In this document: positions 1-8,102 of the stretch, one piece after another
How the letters are laid out: the number at the start of each line of letters is the position of its first letter
Position numbering within the stretch: position 1 is the stretch's first letter
Source: an uncultured beta proteobacterium
Lineage (GTDB): Bacteria > Pseudomonadota > Gammaproteobacteria > Burkholderiales > Casimicrobiaceae
DNA length: 64,000 nucleotides
NCBI GenBank assembly: GCA_963821485.1
Contig: CAWGEB010000012.1
Span: forward strand, 21,517 to 85,516
Reading direction: 5' to 3'
Notes under the pieces: model-generated
Told to the model about the DNA's origin: nothing
The model's input: the letters and a program-made list of their open reading frames with translations, nothing else
The model's database searches: none
Translations under genes and position numbers: made by a program

Positions 1-316
1 CTTCGGCGGCACGGGCTGGGTGATGGAGGTCGACGTCATGACCGGCAATCGCAATGACACGCCGAGTTTCGATACCAATGACGACAAGCAGATCTCGGCG
101 GCGGACCTGGACCTGCACGGCACGCACGACAACGCGAGCGGGCGCTCGATTTCCAGCATCCCTGCTGCCGCGGGCTTCCTGCGCATGCCGTTACCGTCGA
201 ACGGCAAGCCGTTCGAGAACAAGTATGTCAACACGTCGGCGGGTTCGGTGACGGTCATCGGCGAGACCGCGGGACTTGGCGGCGCAGGCCGCGCTTCGTG
301 GCGGCAGGTACAGTGA
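1..316 (+). CDS. pilY1: PilY1-like type IV pilus tip-associated protein, C-terminal end (5' partial, enters from left edge)
   Basis: Frame open from base 1 to TGA 314-316. The tail ...GGAGRASWRQVQ and its position just upstream of a pilE-type pilin resemble PilY1 C-termini. Only about 100 aa are visible. Confidence 0.55.
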   Translation, partial: FGGTGWVMEVDVMTGNRNDTPSFDTNDDKQISAADLDLHGTHDNASGRSISSIPAAAGFLRMPLPSNGKPFENKYVNTSAGSVTVIGETAGLGGAGRASWRQVQ

Positions 317-327
317 GGGACACATTC

Positions 328-954
328 ATGAAACGCAGTTTGCTGGTCGTGGCGCTGTGCGCCATTGCGATCCCTGGCTATTGCATGACGGCAAGTGTGG
401 CGCCGTCGACGCCGGCGGCATCGCCGAGTGCGCCGTCCGGTTCGGTGCCGGCCAATGCGGCGTCGAGAACTGCAGACAGTCGGAGCGCGGCACCGACCGC
501 CGCGACGGGCAAGCCGATGGCCGCGGCGCCCAGCGCTGCAGCGGTGACGCAGCCGGCTGCGGCGCTGTCCGCGCCCGGCGTTCCGATGGAAGCGCCTCCT
601 GCGGCAGCCGGCGCAAGAGCGGGCGCCGCAAGGGCGGCGCCGAAGGCGATCTCGCCCGGTCCTGCGCCGCAGGCCGGCACCGTGGCACCCGCACCGAACA
701 GCGCAAAGTGGGCTGCGACTGCGCGCGGAGATTCCGGCATGCGCCGGGGCACGCTACAGGCGATCAACGTCAATCCCGGAACGATGCAGGTCTTCGGGCA
801 GAAGCTCAACTTCAATCCGCAGCAGGTGAAGGTGTTCACGCGCGAGGGACGGCCCGGCAGCATCTACTCGGTAAAGCGCGGGGCCAGCGTGCGTTTCATG
901 ATGGATGCGACCGATCGCGCACAGCGGCGTGTCGCTGTCATCTACCTCGATTGA
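328..954 (+). CDS. hypothetical secreted Ala/Pro-rich protein in the PilY2 position between pilY1 and pilE
   Basis: ATG 328 sits 7 nt after GAGGGA. N-terminal signal-like MKRSLLVVALCAIAIPGYC, a long low-complexity A/P/S linker, then a compact C-terminal domain (GTLQAINVNPGTMQVFGQKLNF...VAVIYLD). I recognise no family. Confidence 0.6.
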   Translation: MKRSLLVVALCAIAIPGYCMTASVAPSTPAASPSAPSGSVPANAASRTADSRSAAPTAATGKPMAAAPSAAAVTQPAAALSAPGVPMEAPPAAAGARAGAARAAPKAISPGPAPQAGTVAPAPNSAKWAATARGDSGMRRGTLQAINVNPGTMQVFGQKLNFNPQQVKVFTREGRPGSIYSVKRGASVRFMMDATDRAQRRVAVIYLD

Positions 955-970
955 TACGGAGCGCGGCCAA

Positions 971-1375
971 GTGCGACAACGCGGTTTTACGCTGGTCGAA
1001 TTGATGATCGTCTGCGCGATCGTGGCGATCCTCGCCGCCATCGCGTATCCGAGTTATATCAACGCCATGCAGAAGAGCCGGCGCACCGACGCGAAGTCGG
1101 CGCTGGTCGGCGCCGCCGGACAGATGGAGCGCTACTTCACCGAGCGCAGCACCTATGCGACCGCGACACTGGGCACCGGGGCCGGGGCTGTCTATCCCAG
1201 CACCAGTCAGAACGGCTACTACACGCTCTCGATTGCCGCCAGCGGCCCCACGTCCTATACGCTGCGCGCGGCACCTGCCGGGATCCAGTCCAGCGACGCG
1301 TGTGGCACGTATACCTATACCGATCAGGGCGTGAAGGGCGTGACCGGCTCGCTTGCCGTCGCCGACTGCTGGTGA
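971..1375 (+). CDS. pilE: type IV pilin, PilE-like
   Basis: GTG start giving a short leader VRQRG followed by FTLVELMIVCAIVAILAAIAYPSY (class III prepilin signal, Glu at +5). 134 aa with a C-terminal Cys pair (DACGTYTY...VADCW). Confidence 0.85.
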   Translation: MRQRGFTLVELMIVCAIVAILAAIAYPSYINAMQKSRRTDAKSALVGAAGQMERYFTERSTYATATLGTGAGAVYPSTSQNGYYTLSIAASGPTSYTLRAAPAGIQSSDACGTYTYTDQGVKGVTGSLAVADCW

Positions 1376-1385
1376 TCGATCTGAT

Positions 1386-2297
1386 CTATTGCGGTCGCAC
1401 GAGCCACGCGCGTAACCGCATGCCGTAGGTGTTCTCGGCGAGGCCGGCGAACACCAGCGCGACCCCCGCCATCTGCAGCGGTGCCAGCGATTCATCCAGC
1501 AGCAGCGCGCCGCTGGCGAGCCCCGATACCGGTATCAGCAGTGAAAACGGCGCGATCAGTGCCGTGGGATAGCGATGCATCAGGCCGGCCCACACGCCAA
1601 AGCCGGTGAGCGTCGCGCCCCACGCCAGGAACAGCACACAACCCCAGGCGAGCGCACTCGCCGTGGCGACGGCGTGCCACGCTGTCATCCCGCCTTCGAA
1701 GGCATAGGACAGCGCAGCCAGCGGCAGCGGCGGAACGAGGCTCGACCACACGACGAGTGCGAACATGTCCGCCTCGTGTTCGCCCGCGGCGTGCTTCGCC
1801 ACGACGTTGCCCACGCTCCATGCGAACGCTGCGACGACCACCAGCGCAAAGCCCATCAGCGTCCCGGTGGTACCGCTCGTAAACTTGTAGACGGCGAGCA
1901 ACGCGATACCCGCCATCGCGATCAGTGCGCCGAGGAGGGAATGCTGCTGAAAACGGTCGCCCAGAAACACGATCCCCAGGCCGATGGTGAAGAAGACCTG
2001 GAACTGGATGACCAGCGACGCGAGGCCTGCGGGCATGCCCAGCCTCAGCCCGAGGAACAACAGGCCGAATTGGCAGACGCCGATCGCGAAGCCGTAGGCT
2101 GCGATGTACCGCCACGGAATTCGTGGTCGCCGGATGAAAAATACCAGCGGCATCGCCGCGAAGAAGAAGCGCAGCGCCGCGAGTGCGAATGGCGGAATCT
2201 CGCGCAAGCCGACCTTGATCGGAACGAAGGAAAATCCCAGCAGCGTGACGACCGCCAGGGTCAGCAGCAGGTCGCGCGGCGCGAGGTGCGTTTTCAG
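1386..2297 (-). CDS. EamA/DMT-family transporter; apparent CTG start
   Basis: 10-TM DMT-like sequence (two EamA halves). The listed ORF starts at an internal TTG (2207). The same frame is open upstream and encodes LKTHLAPRDLLLTLAVVTLLGFSFVPIKVGL, typical of EamA N-termini. The only start-like codon after the in-frame TAG is CTG at 2297, 5 nt after GGAGA. Confidence 0.7.
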   Translation of the reverse strand: MKTHLAPRDLLLTLAVVTLLGFSFVPIKVGLREIPPFALAALRFFFAAMPLVFFIRRPRIPWRYIAAYGFAIGVCQFGLLFLGLRLGMPAGLASLVIQFQVFFTIGLGIVFLGDRFQQHSLLGALIAMAGIALLAVYKFTSGTTGTLMGFALVVVAAFAWSVGNVVAKHAAGEHEADMFALVVWSSLVPPLPLAALSYAFEGGMTAWHAVATASALAWGCVLFLAWGATLTGFGVWAGLMHRYPTALIAPFSLLIPVSGLASGALLLDESLAPLQMAGVALVFAGLAENTYGMRLRAWLVRPQ

Positions 2298-2307
2298 CCG
2301 GTCTCCG

Positions 2308-3324
2308 TCACAGGTCGACTACGCGGCGCGACTGCAGCGATTCGCGCAGCGCCAGGGCGATGCGCGTGGCCTCGGTCGCGTCGTGCAGCGTCAAGGCCGG
2401 CGGACGATCGTCGAGGACAGCCTGCACGAAATGGTTCGTTTCGTGCAGGAACGCCGTCTCGAAGCGCTCGTAGAATGTCGGCGTGCACTCGTTACGCACG
2501 CCGTGCGCGTCGGCGATGTCGACGCGGTTCAATCGCGGATTTTGACCGACGGTCAGCCTGCCGGCGGTGCCGAAAATCTCGGTCAGCGTTTCGTGGCCGT
2601 GCGCCATGGTGCGCGAGGCGTAGAAGCAGGCCATCTTGCCGCCCTCGAATTCGCAGGTCGCGACGCCGTTGTCGACGTCGCCGAATTCACGCAGGCCTTC
2701 GTGGATGGCCACGACGCCGGTGGCGAACACGCGCACCGGCTTCGCGTCGCCCAGCAGCCAGCGCGCGAGGTCGATGTCGTGCACCGTGCAATCCAGGAAG
2801 ATGCCGCCGCTGGTGGGTGCGAAGCGCACGAAGAATCCGGAAGGGTCGTTCATGTCGAGGTTCTGCGAGCGCACGAGAAACGGCGTGCCGATCGATCCCG
2901 CCTGGATCTTGTCGTAGGCATCGCGATAGCTCGGATCGAAGCGCCGGCCGTAGCCGATCATCACCTTCAGCCGCGGGTGTTTCGCCGCCTGCGCGGAAAC
3001 GCGCTGGCAGTCGGCGAGGTCGAGCGACAGCGGCTTTTCGCAGAACACGTGCTTGCCCGCCTGCAGCGCCTGCATGATCTGCGCGGCATGCAGCGAGGTC
3101 GGCGTCACCAGGAACACGGCGTCCACGTCCGCGTCGGCGAGCAGCGCGGCGTAATCGTCGTGAACGCGTGCGACACCAAGACTCTCCCGCGCCCACTTCA
3201 GTTCCTCGGCGACCGGGCTGCATGCTGCAACGAGCTCCGCGCGCGGGACGCGCTGCGCCAGGTTCTCAGCGTGCCGGCGCCCGAGCCGGCCCAGGCCGAC
3301 GATGCCGACGCGCAACCGGCTCAC
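2308..3324 (-). CDS. Gfo/Idh/MocA-family NAD(P)-dependent oxidoreductase (second inositol-dehydrogenase-like gene of the cluster)
   Basis: Rossmann N-terminus VGIVGLGRLGRRHA and the EKP motif (FCEKPLS). GTG start overlaps the iolG stop (GTGA), placing it in the iol operon. Confidence 0.8.
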   Translation of the reverse strand: MSRLRVGIVGLGRLGRRHAENLAQRVPRAELVAACSPVAEELKWARESLGVARVHDDYAALLADADVDAVFLVTPTSLHAAQIMQALQAGKHVFCEKPLSLDLADCQRVSAQAAKHPRLKVMIGYGRRFDPSYRDAYDKIQAGSIGTPFLVRSQNLDMNDPSGFFVRFAPTSGGIFLDCTVHDIDLARWLLGDAKPVRVFATGVVAIHEGLREFGDVDNGVATCEFEGGKMACFYASRTMAHGHETLTEIFGTAGRLTVGQNPRLNRVDIADAHGVRNECTPTFYERFETAFLHETNHFVQAVLDDRPPALTLHDATEATRIALALRESLQSRRVVDL

Positions 3325-4307
3325 AGTTCGATGACGCGCTTTTCGCGCCACGAATGGCTGGCTGCATCGGCCAGTTCCAGCGCCTTGACGCCGTCCTGAA
3401 TCGATGTAACGACGGGCGTACCGTCGTTGATCGCCGCGAAGAAGTGCGCCATTTCGTTGGCGTAGGCCACACGGTAGCGCTCCAGGAAGAAATGCTCGGG
3501 CTTGTCACCGCTCACGTTCTGCGCTGTGGCCGCGACGACTTCGGTCGGGCGGTGATTGCCCGCCTGGAGCATGCCCTTGCTGCCGAGCACTTCGAAGCGC
3601 TGATCGTAGCCGTAGGCGGCGCGCCGGCTGGTGCTGATCTGGCAGATGCGCTGGTGCTTGGTGCGAATGGTGACCGCGGTGGTGTCGATGTCGCCAGCGC
3701 CGCCGATGGCCGGATCGGTCAGGCAGCTGCCGGTGGCGTATACGGTCGCGGCCTCGTCGTCGAGAATCCAGCGGAAGATGTCGAAGTCGTGAATGAGCAT
3801 GTCCTTGAATATGCCACCCGACCGGCCGATGTAGTCGATGGGTGGGGCGCCGGGATCGCGGCTGGTCACGATCAGCATTTCCGGCTCGCCGATCTCGCCG
3901 TCCTTGAGGCGTTTCTTCAACGCCGCGAACGTCGGGTCGAAGCGGCGCTGGAAGCCGATCAGGCAGACGACCCCGGCGCGTGCGACGGCCTGCGCGCAGG
4001 CGCGGGCGCGCACGACGTCCAGGTCGACGGGCTTCTCGCAGAAGATCTGCTTGCCAGCCGCAGCTGCGCGCTGGATGAGGTCCGCGTGCGTATCGGTGGA
4101 GGAGCAGATGATGACCGCACGTACCGCTTCGTCGGCAAGCGCGGCTTCCGCGGTGCGCACTTCGGCACGGTGCTTCGCGGCGAGATCCACGGCGGCTGCG
4201 CGGTTGACGTCGACGACGTATTTGAGCTTGGTGCCCGGCTGCCGGGCGACGTTACCGGCATGGATCTGGCCGATGCGGCCGGCGCCGAATAGTGCGACTT
4301 CGATCAT
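3321..4307 (-). CDS. iolG: inositol 2-dehydrogenase
   Basis: MIEVALFGAGRIGQIHAGN Rossmann motif, FCEKPVD, and length of about 328 aa. ATG 4307 is preceded by AAGGAGA. Lies in the iol cluster. Confidence 0.8.
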   Translation of the reverse strand: MIEVALFGAGRIGQIHAGNVARQPGTKLKYVVDVNRAAAVDLAAKHRAEVRTAEAALADEAVRAVIICSSTDTHADLIQRAAAAGKQIFCEKPVDLDVVRARACAQAVARAGVVCLIGFQRRFDPTFAALKKRLKDGEIGEPEMLIVTSRDPGAPPIDYIGRSGGIFKDMLIHDFDIFRWILDDEAATVYATGSCLTDPAIGGAGDIDTTAVTIRTKHQRICQISTSRRAAYGYDQRFEVLGSKGMLQAGNHRPTEVVAATAQNVSGDKPEHFFLERYRVAYANEMAHFFAAINDGTPVVTSIQDGVKALELADAASHSWREKRVIEL

Positions 4308-4358
4308 TTGGGTCTCCTTGCCGGTGTGCTGCATGGCAAGCTCAGTGGGAAGATTGCT

Positions 4359-4446
4359 GTCATTCCGGCCAAACCTGCGGAGCGGGCGCGAGCCGGAATC
4401 CCTTTTGATTTGACAACCAATGGATTCCCGCTTTCGCGGGAATGAC
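4359..4446. repeat. two REP-like palindromic units in the iolB-iolG intergenic region
   Basis: Unit 1 has ATTCCGGC (4362-4369) pairing with GCCGGAAT (4392-4399). Unit 2 is GGATTCCCGCtttcGCGGGAATGAC (4422-4446). Translation gives the ...SRESGNP.../...AGMT... pseudo-ORF typical of such repeats (listed ORF 4304..4531). Confidence 0.6.
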
Positions 4447-4482
4447 GTTCAAGATACTCCGCGATTTTCTGATTCTCCATGA

Positions 4483-5281
4483 CTAGCGCTTGAGCATCCA
4501 TTCGTGGGCGGGGTCGTTCTTGAAATACCACTCACGCTTCGGTCCCGCCATGACGTTCAGGTAGTACGACCGATAGCCATACGGCACGACCACCGGGTGA
4601 TAGCCGCGCGGCACCATGACCACGTCGTGGTTCTCGACCGCGAGCGCCTCGTCGATCGTGCGGTCGTCGGTATATATCCGCTGGAACGAGAAGCCCTGCG
4701 GCGGATCGAGCCGGTGATAGTAGGTTTCCTCGAGCGAACTCTCCAGCGGCAGATTGTCGGTGTCGTGCTTGTGCGGCGGATAGCTCGACGAATGGCCGCT
4801 CGGCGTGATGACCTCGACCAGCAGCAAGTGCTCCGCGGGTTCGGTTTGCGGCAGGATGTCGCACACGAAGCGCTGGTTGAGTCCTTCGCCACGCGCGAAG
4901 CGCTTCATCGCGTCGGGTTCGATCAGCCGCGCCGGCAGTGCGCCGCCACCGGGTGCGCTGGCGACGCCGATTTCCGCAGCGCTGTGCGCCACGACGGTTG
5001 CAGCTCTCGGCGCGCGGGAGGTACACGGCGTAGGGCGCACGATCCTCGAATACGCTGGCCCGACCGCCGATCTCGCGCCAGGTCTGCCCTTCGGTGCGCA
5101 CCGTCACCGTTCCGGACAGCACGACGATGCACACCTCGTCGTCGGGCCTGGCGGGCAGCGTCAGCGTTTCATCCGGCCGCAACTGGTACGCGGCGAACCC
5201 GACATAGCGCCAGCCGGCGGAGCGCGGCGTGACCTCGACCATCTTGGTCGCAGCGGTGTCGGCCTTGACCAGCAGGCTCAT
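4483..5281 (-). pseudogene. iolB: 5-deoxy-glucuronate isomerase IolB, frameshifted near 5000-5012
   Basis: The N-terminal 93 aa (MSLLVKADTAATKMVEVTPRSAGWRYVGF...APYAVYLPRAES) are in one frame. The rest (ATVVAHSAAEIGVASAPGG...YPPHKHD...KNDPAHEWMLKR) is in another. The span is 799 nt (3n+1). The ATG overlaps the iolE stop (ATGA). Confidence 0.85.
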
Positions 5282-6198
5282 GCTGGCAACTCCTCCCTGC
5301 TGCCTTCGATCGATGCGACCAGGTCGCGCAGGTGCCGATACCCCTTCTCGGCGTAGCGATAGCTCGGGGCCACGACTGGATCCTGTTCCGCTTCGACGAC
5401 GAGCCACCCGGCGTAGCCATTGTCGTAGAGCAGTTGCAGCAGCGGCCGGAAATCGATGGCACCGTCACCGGGAACCGTGAACGCGCCGTTGATCACCGCC
5501 TGCAGGAAGCTCCAGTCACCGTTGCGTGCAAGTCGGATCACGCTGGGTCGCACGTCCTTGCAATGCACGTGGCACACACGCTTGACGTGCTTCGCCAGCA
5601 TCGCGGTCGCATCTCCGCCGGCGAAGCTCATGTGCCCGCTGTCGAACAGCAGGCCGACCTCGTCCCCCACCAGCGACATCAGCTTGTCGACGTCGGCCGG
5701 CGATTCGACGTACGCGCCCATGTGATGGTGATAGGCCACGCGCACGCCGCGGGCGAGCGTGTATCGCGCGAACGCCGTGAGGCGGTCGGCGTAGGCCTGC
5801 CAATCCTGCGGCTTGAAAAAGCGCGGTCGCTTGTACAGCGGCACAGGCGCACCCTGGATGCTGTCCGCGACTTCGCCGTAGACCATGACCCGCGCACCGT
5901 TGTCGGCGAGCAGTTTCAGGTGCGGACCGACGGCAGCGATCTCCTCCTCGACCGAGCGCTTGGCGAGGCACCCCGAATACCATCCCGACACCAGTTCCAG
6001 CGCGTGCTTCGACAGCACGGCGCGCAAGGCGGTCGATTCGCGGGGAAACTTGTTGCCGAGTTCGAATCCCTGGTAGCCGATCTTCCGGCCCTCGCTGAGC
6101 GCGACTTCCAGCGGCGTCTCGCCGCCGAGCGATGGCAGGTCGTCGTTGCTCCAGGACAGCGGATTGATGCCGATCCTGACGGCGAATTTCTTGCTCAA
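5278..6198 (-). CDS. iolE: myo-inosose-2 dehydratase
   Basis: 306 aa xylose-isomerase-like TIM barrel (GINPLSWSNDDLPSLGGETPLE...) characteristic of IolE. TTG start; operon context. Confidence 0.85.
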   Translation of the reverse strand: MSKKFAVRIGINPLSWSNDDLPSLGGETPLEVALSEGRKIGYQGFELGNKFPRESTALRAVLSKHALELVSGWYSGCLAKRSVEEEIAAVGPHLKLLADNGARVMVYGEVADSIQGAPVPLYKRPRFFKPQDWQAYADRLTAFARYTLARGVRVAYHHHMGAYVESPADVDKLMSLVGDEVGLLFDSGHMSFAGGDATAMLAKHVKRVCHVHCKDVRPSVIRLARNGDWSFLQAVINGAFTVPGDGAIDFRPLLQLLYDNGYAGWLVVEAEQDPVVAPSYRYAEKGYRHLRDLVASIEGSREELPA

Positions 6199-6214
6199 GG
6201 GAGCACCTTCGCGC

Positions 6215-8066
6215 TCATGGCTGTTGTCGCTGTTTGTCTTCGACGTATTGCGCGCGCACGGCGCGCACCTGCTCGCGCGTCGAGACCTCGGGCACGGCGA
6301 CCTCCCACCACCAGCCGCCTTCGGCGGTCGTCCGCGCGGGATCGGTTTCGATGCAGATCACCGACGTGCGATCGGCGGCGCGCGCGCGCTTCATCGCCGC
6401 TTCGAGTTCGGGAATCGACTGCACGTTCTCGGCGATGGCGCCCAGCGACGCGGCGTTGGCCGCGAAGTCGATGCGCGGGGCGCCGGCCGGACCCTGCAGG
6501 CAATCGGCGAACAGGTTGTTGAACGGCTCGCCGCCGACCGCCTGTTGCAGCCGGTTGATGCAGCCGATAGCCGCGGTTGTCGAGCACGACGATGATCAGC
6601 TTCATGCCCAGCAGCAGCGAGGTCGCGATCTCGGCGTTGAGCATCAGGTAACTGCCGTCGCCGACCATCACGACGACCTCGCGCTCGGGCCGGGCCATTT
6701 TCACGCCCAGCCCGCCGGCGATCTCGTAGCCCATGCACGAGTAGCCGTATTCCATGTGATAGCCGCCGGGCGTCGACGTGCGCCAGAGCTTGTGCAATTC
6801 CGCGGGCAGCGTCCCCGCCGCGCATACGACGATATCGCGCGTCGTGGAATCCGGTGCCGATCGCTGCACGGCGCCGATCACGTCGCCATCGTAGGGCAGC
6901 TTCACATCGCGCTGACCGGTGATGCGTGCGATCGCCGCGCGCCAGTCGTTCGCGAGCGATCGGGCGCGCTGTTGCCATGACGGCTCCGAGCGCCAGTCGG
7001 CCAGCGCCTTCGACAGAGCGTCGAGCCCGACGCCGGCGTCGGCGCAGACGGCCGCGCCGCGCCACTTGAGCGCGTCGAAGGCGTTGACGTTGATGCTCAC
7101 GAGCCGGGCCTGCGGGAACAGCGAGTGCGACCCGGTCATGAAATCCTGCAGGCGCGTGCCGACGGCGATCACCACGTCGGCCTCGCTCGCCAGCGCATTC
7201 GCGGCCGGCGACCCGGTGACGCCGAGCGCGCCGGCCTGCAGCGGATGATCCCAGGCAAGCGCACCCTTGCCCGCCTGCGTTTCGGCAACGGGCGCTCCGT
7301 GCGTGTCAGCGAACCTGCGCAACGCGTCGCCCGCCAGGCTATAGAGCACGCCGCCGCCAGAGATGAGCAGCGGACGCCGGGCCGAGCGGAGGATTTCGCT
7401 CGCGCGGGCGAGGTCGTCGGCGGTCGCCGGTGGCGCACGAAACGCGACGACGTTCGGCGCGAACAGCGCCTCGGGATAATCGTAGGCCATGGTCTGCACG
7501 TCCTGCGGCAACGCCAGCGTCACCGGACCGCACAGCGCCGGATCGGTGAGCACGTGCAGCGCGCGCGGCAGTGCGGTGAGCAATTGCCCCGGGCTGACGA
7601 TGCGATCGAAATAGCGCGACACCGGCCGCAGGCAGTCGTTGGCCGACACCGTGCCATCCTGGAAGTCCTCGACCTGCTGCAGCACCGGGTCCGGCGCGCG
7701 GGAGACGAACACGTCGCCAGGCAGGAGCAGCACCGGCAGGCGACTGACGTGCGCCAACGCGGCGGCGGTGACGAGGTTGGTCGCGCCGGGCCCGATCGAG
7801 GTCGTGCACGCCATCATCCGGCGTCGCATGTTTGCCTTGGCGTAGGCGATCGCCGCGTGCGCCATGCCCTGCTCGTTGTGCGCGCGGTAGGTAGGCAGGT
7901 CGCTGCGATGCTGGAACAGCGCCTCGCCGATGCCGGCAACGTTGCCGTGGCCGAAGATGGCAAAAATGCCGCCGAACAACGGCACCGTGCCCGCTGGCGT
8001 GGCGACACGCTGCGCGGCGAGATAGCGCACCAGCGCCTGCGCCATCGTGAGCCTGATCGTCTTCAC
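6215..8066 (-). pseudogene. iolD: 3D-(3,5/4)-trihydroxycyclohexane-1,2-dione acylhydrolase IolD (ThDP enzyme), frameshifted near 6566
   Basis: IolD-like for about 500 aa, to ...LIIVVLDNRGY. It then becomes Arg-rich nonsense, while the authentic C-terminus (..QSIPELEAAMKRARAADRTSVICIETDP...WWWEVAVPEVS...) lies in ORF 6215..6424. The reverse strand reads GGC TAT C GGC TGC ATC; dropping the C gives GYGCINRLQQ. The span is 1852 nt (3n+1). Confidence 0.85.
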
Positions 8067-8102
8067 TCTTTCATGCCTTTACTCATTCACTTCTTCACGG
8101 AC

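Noticed and set aside
1575-3077. 500-aa ORF on the plus strand, together with many similar long ORFs (7125..9920, 11447..13603, 15608..17128, 17347..19284, 29608..31749, 40253..42022, 47514..48728, 38030..39388 upstream part).
   Set aside because: They lie antisense to or out of frame with genes that have clear family signatures. Their translations are Arg/Ala/Gly/Pro-rich low-complexity strings typical of shadow ORFs in high-GC DNA.
4304-4531. 75-aa ORF in the iolB-iolG spacer.
   Set aside because: Its sequence (..HSRESGNP..AGLAGMT..) is the translation of the two REP-like palindromes. It has no RBS or coding signal.
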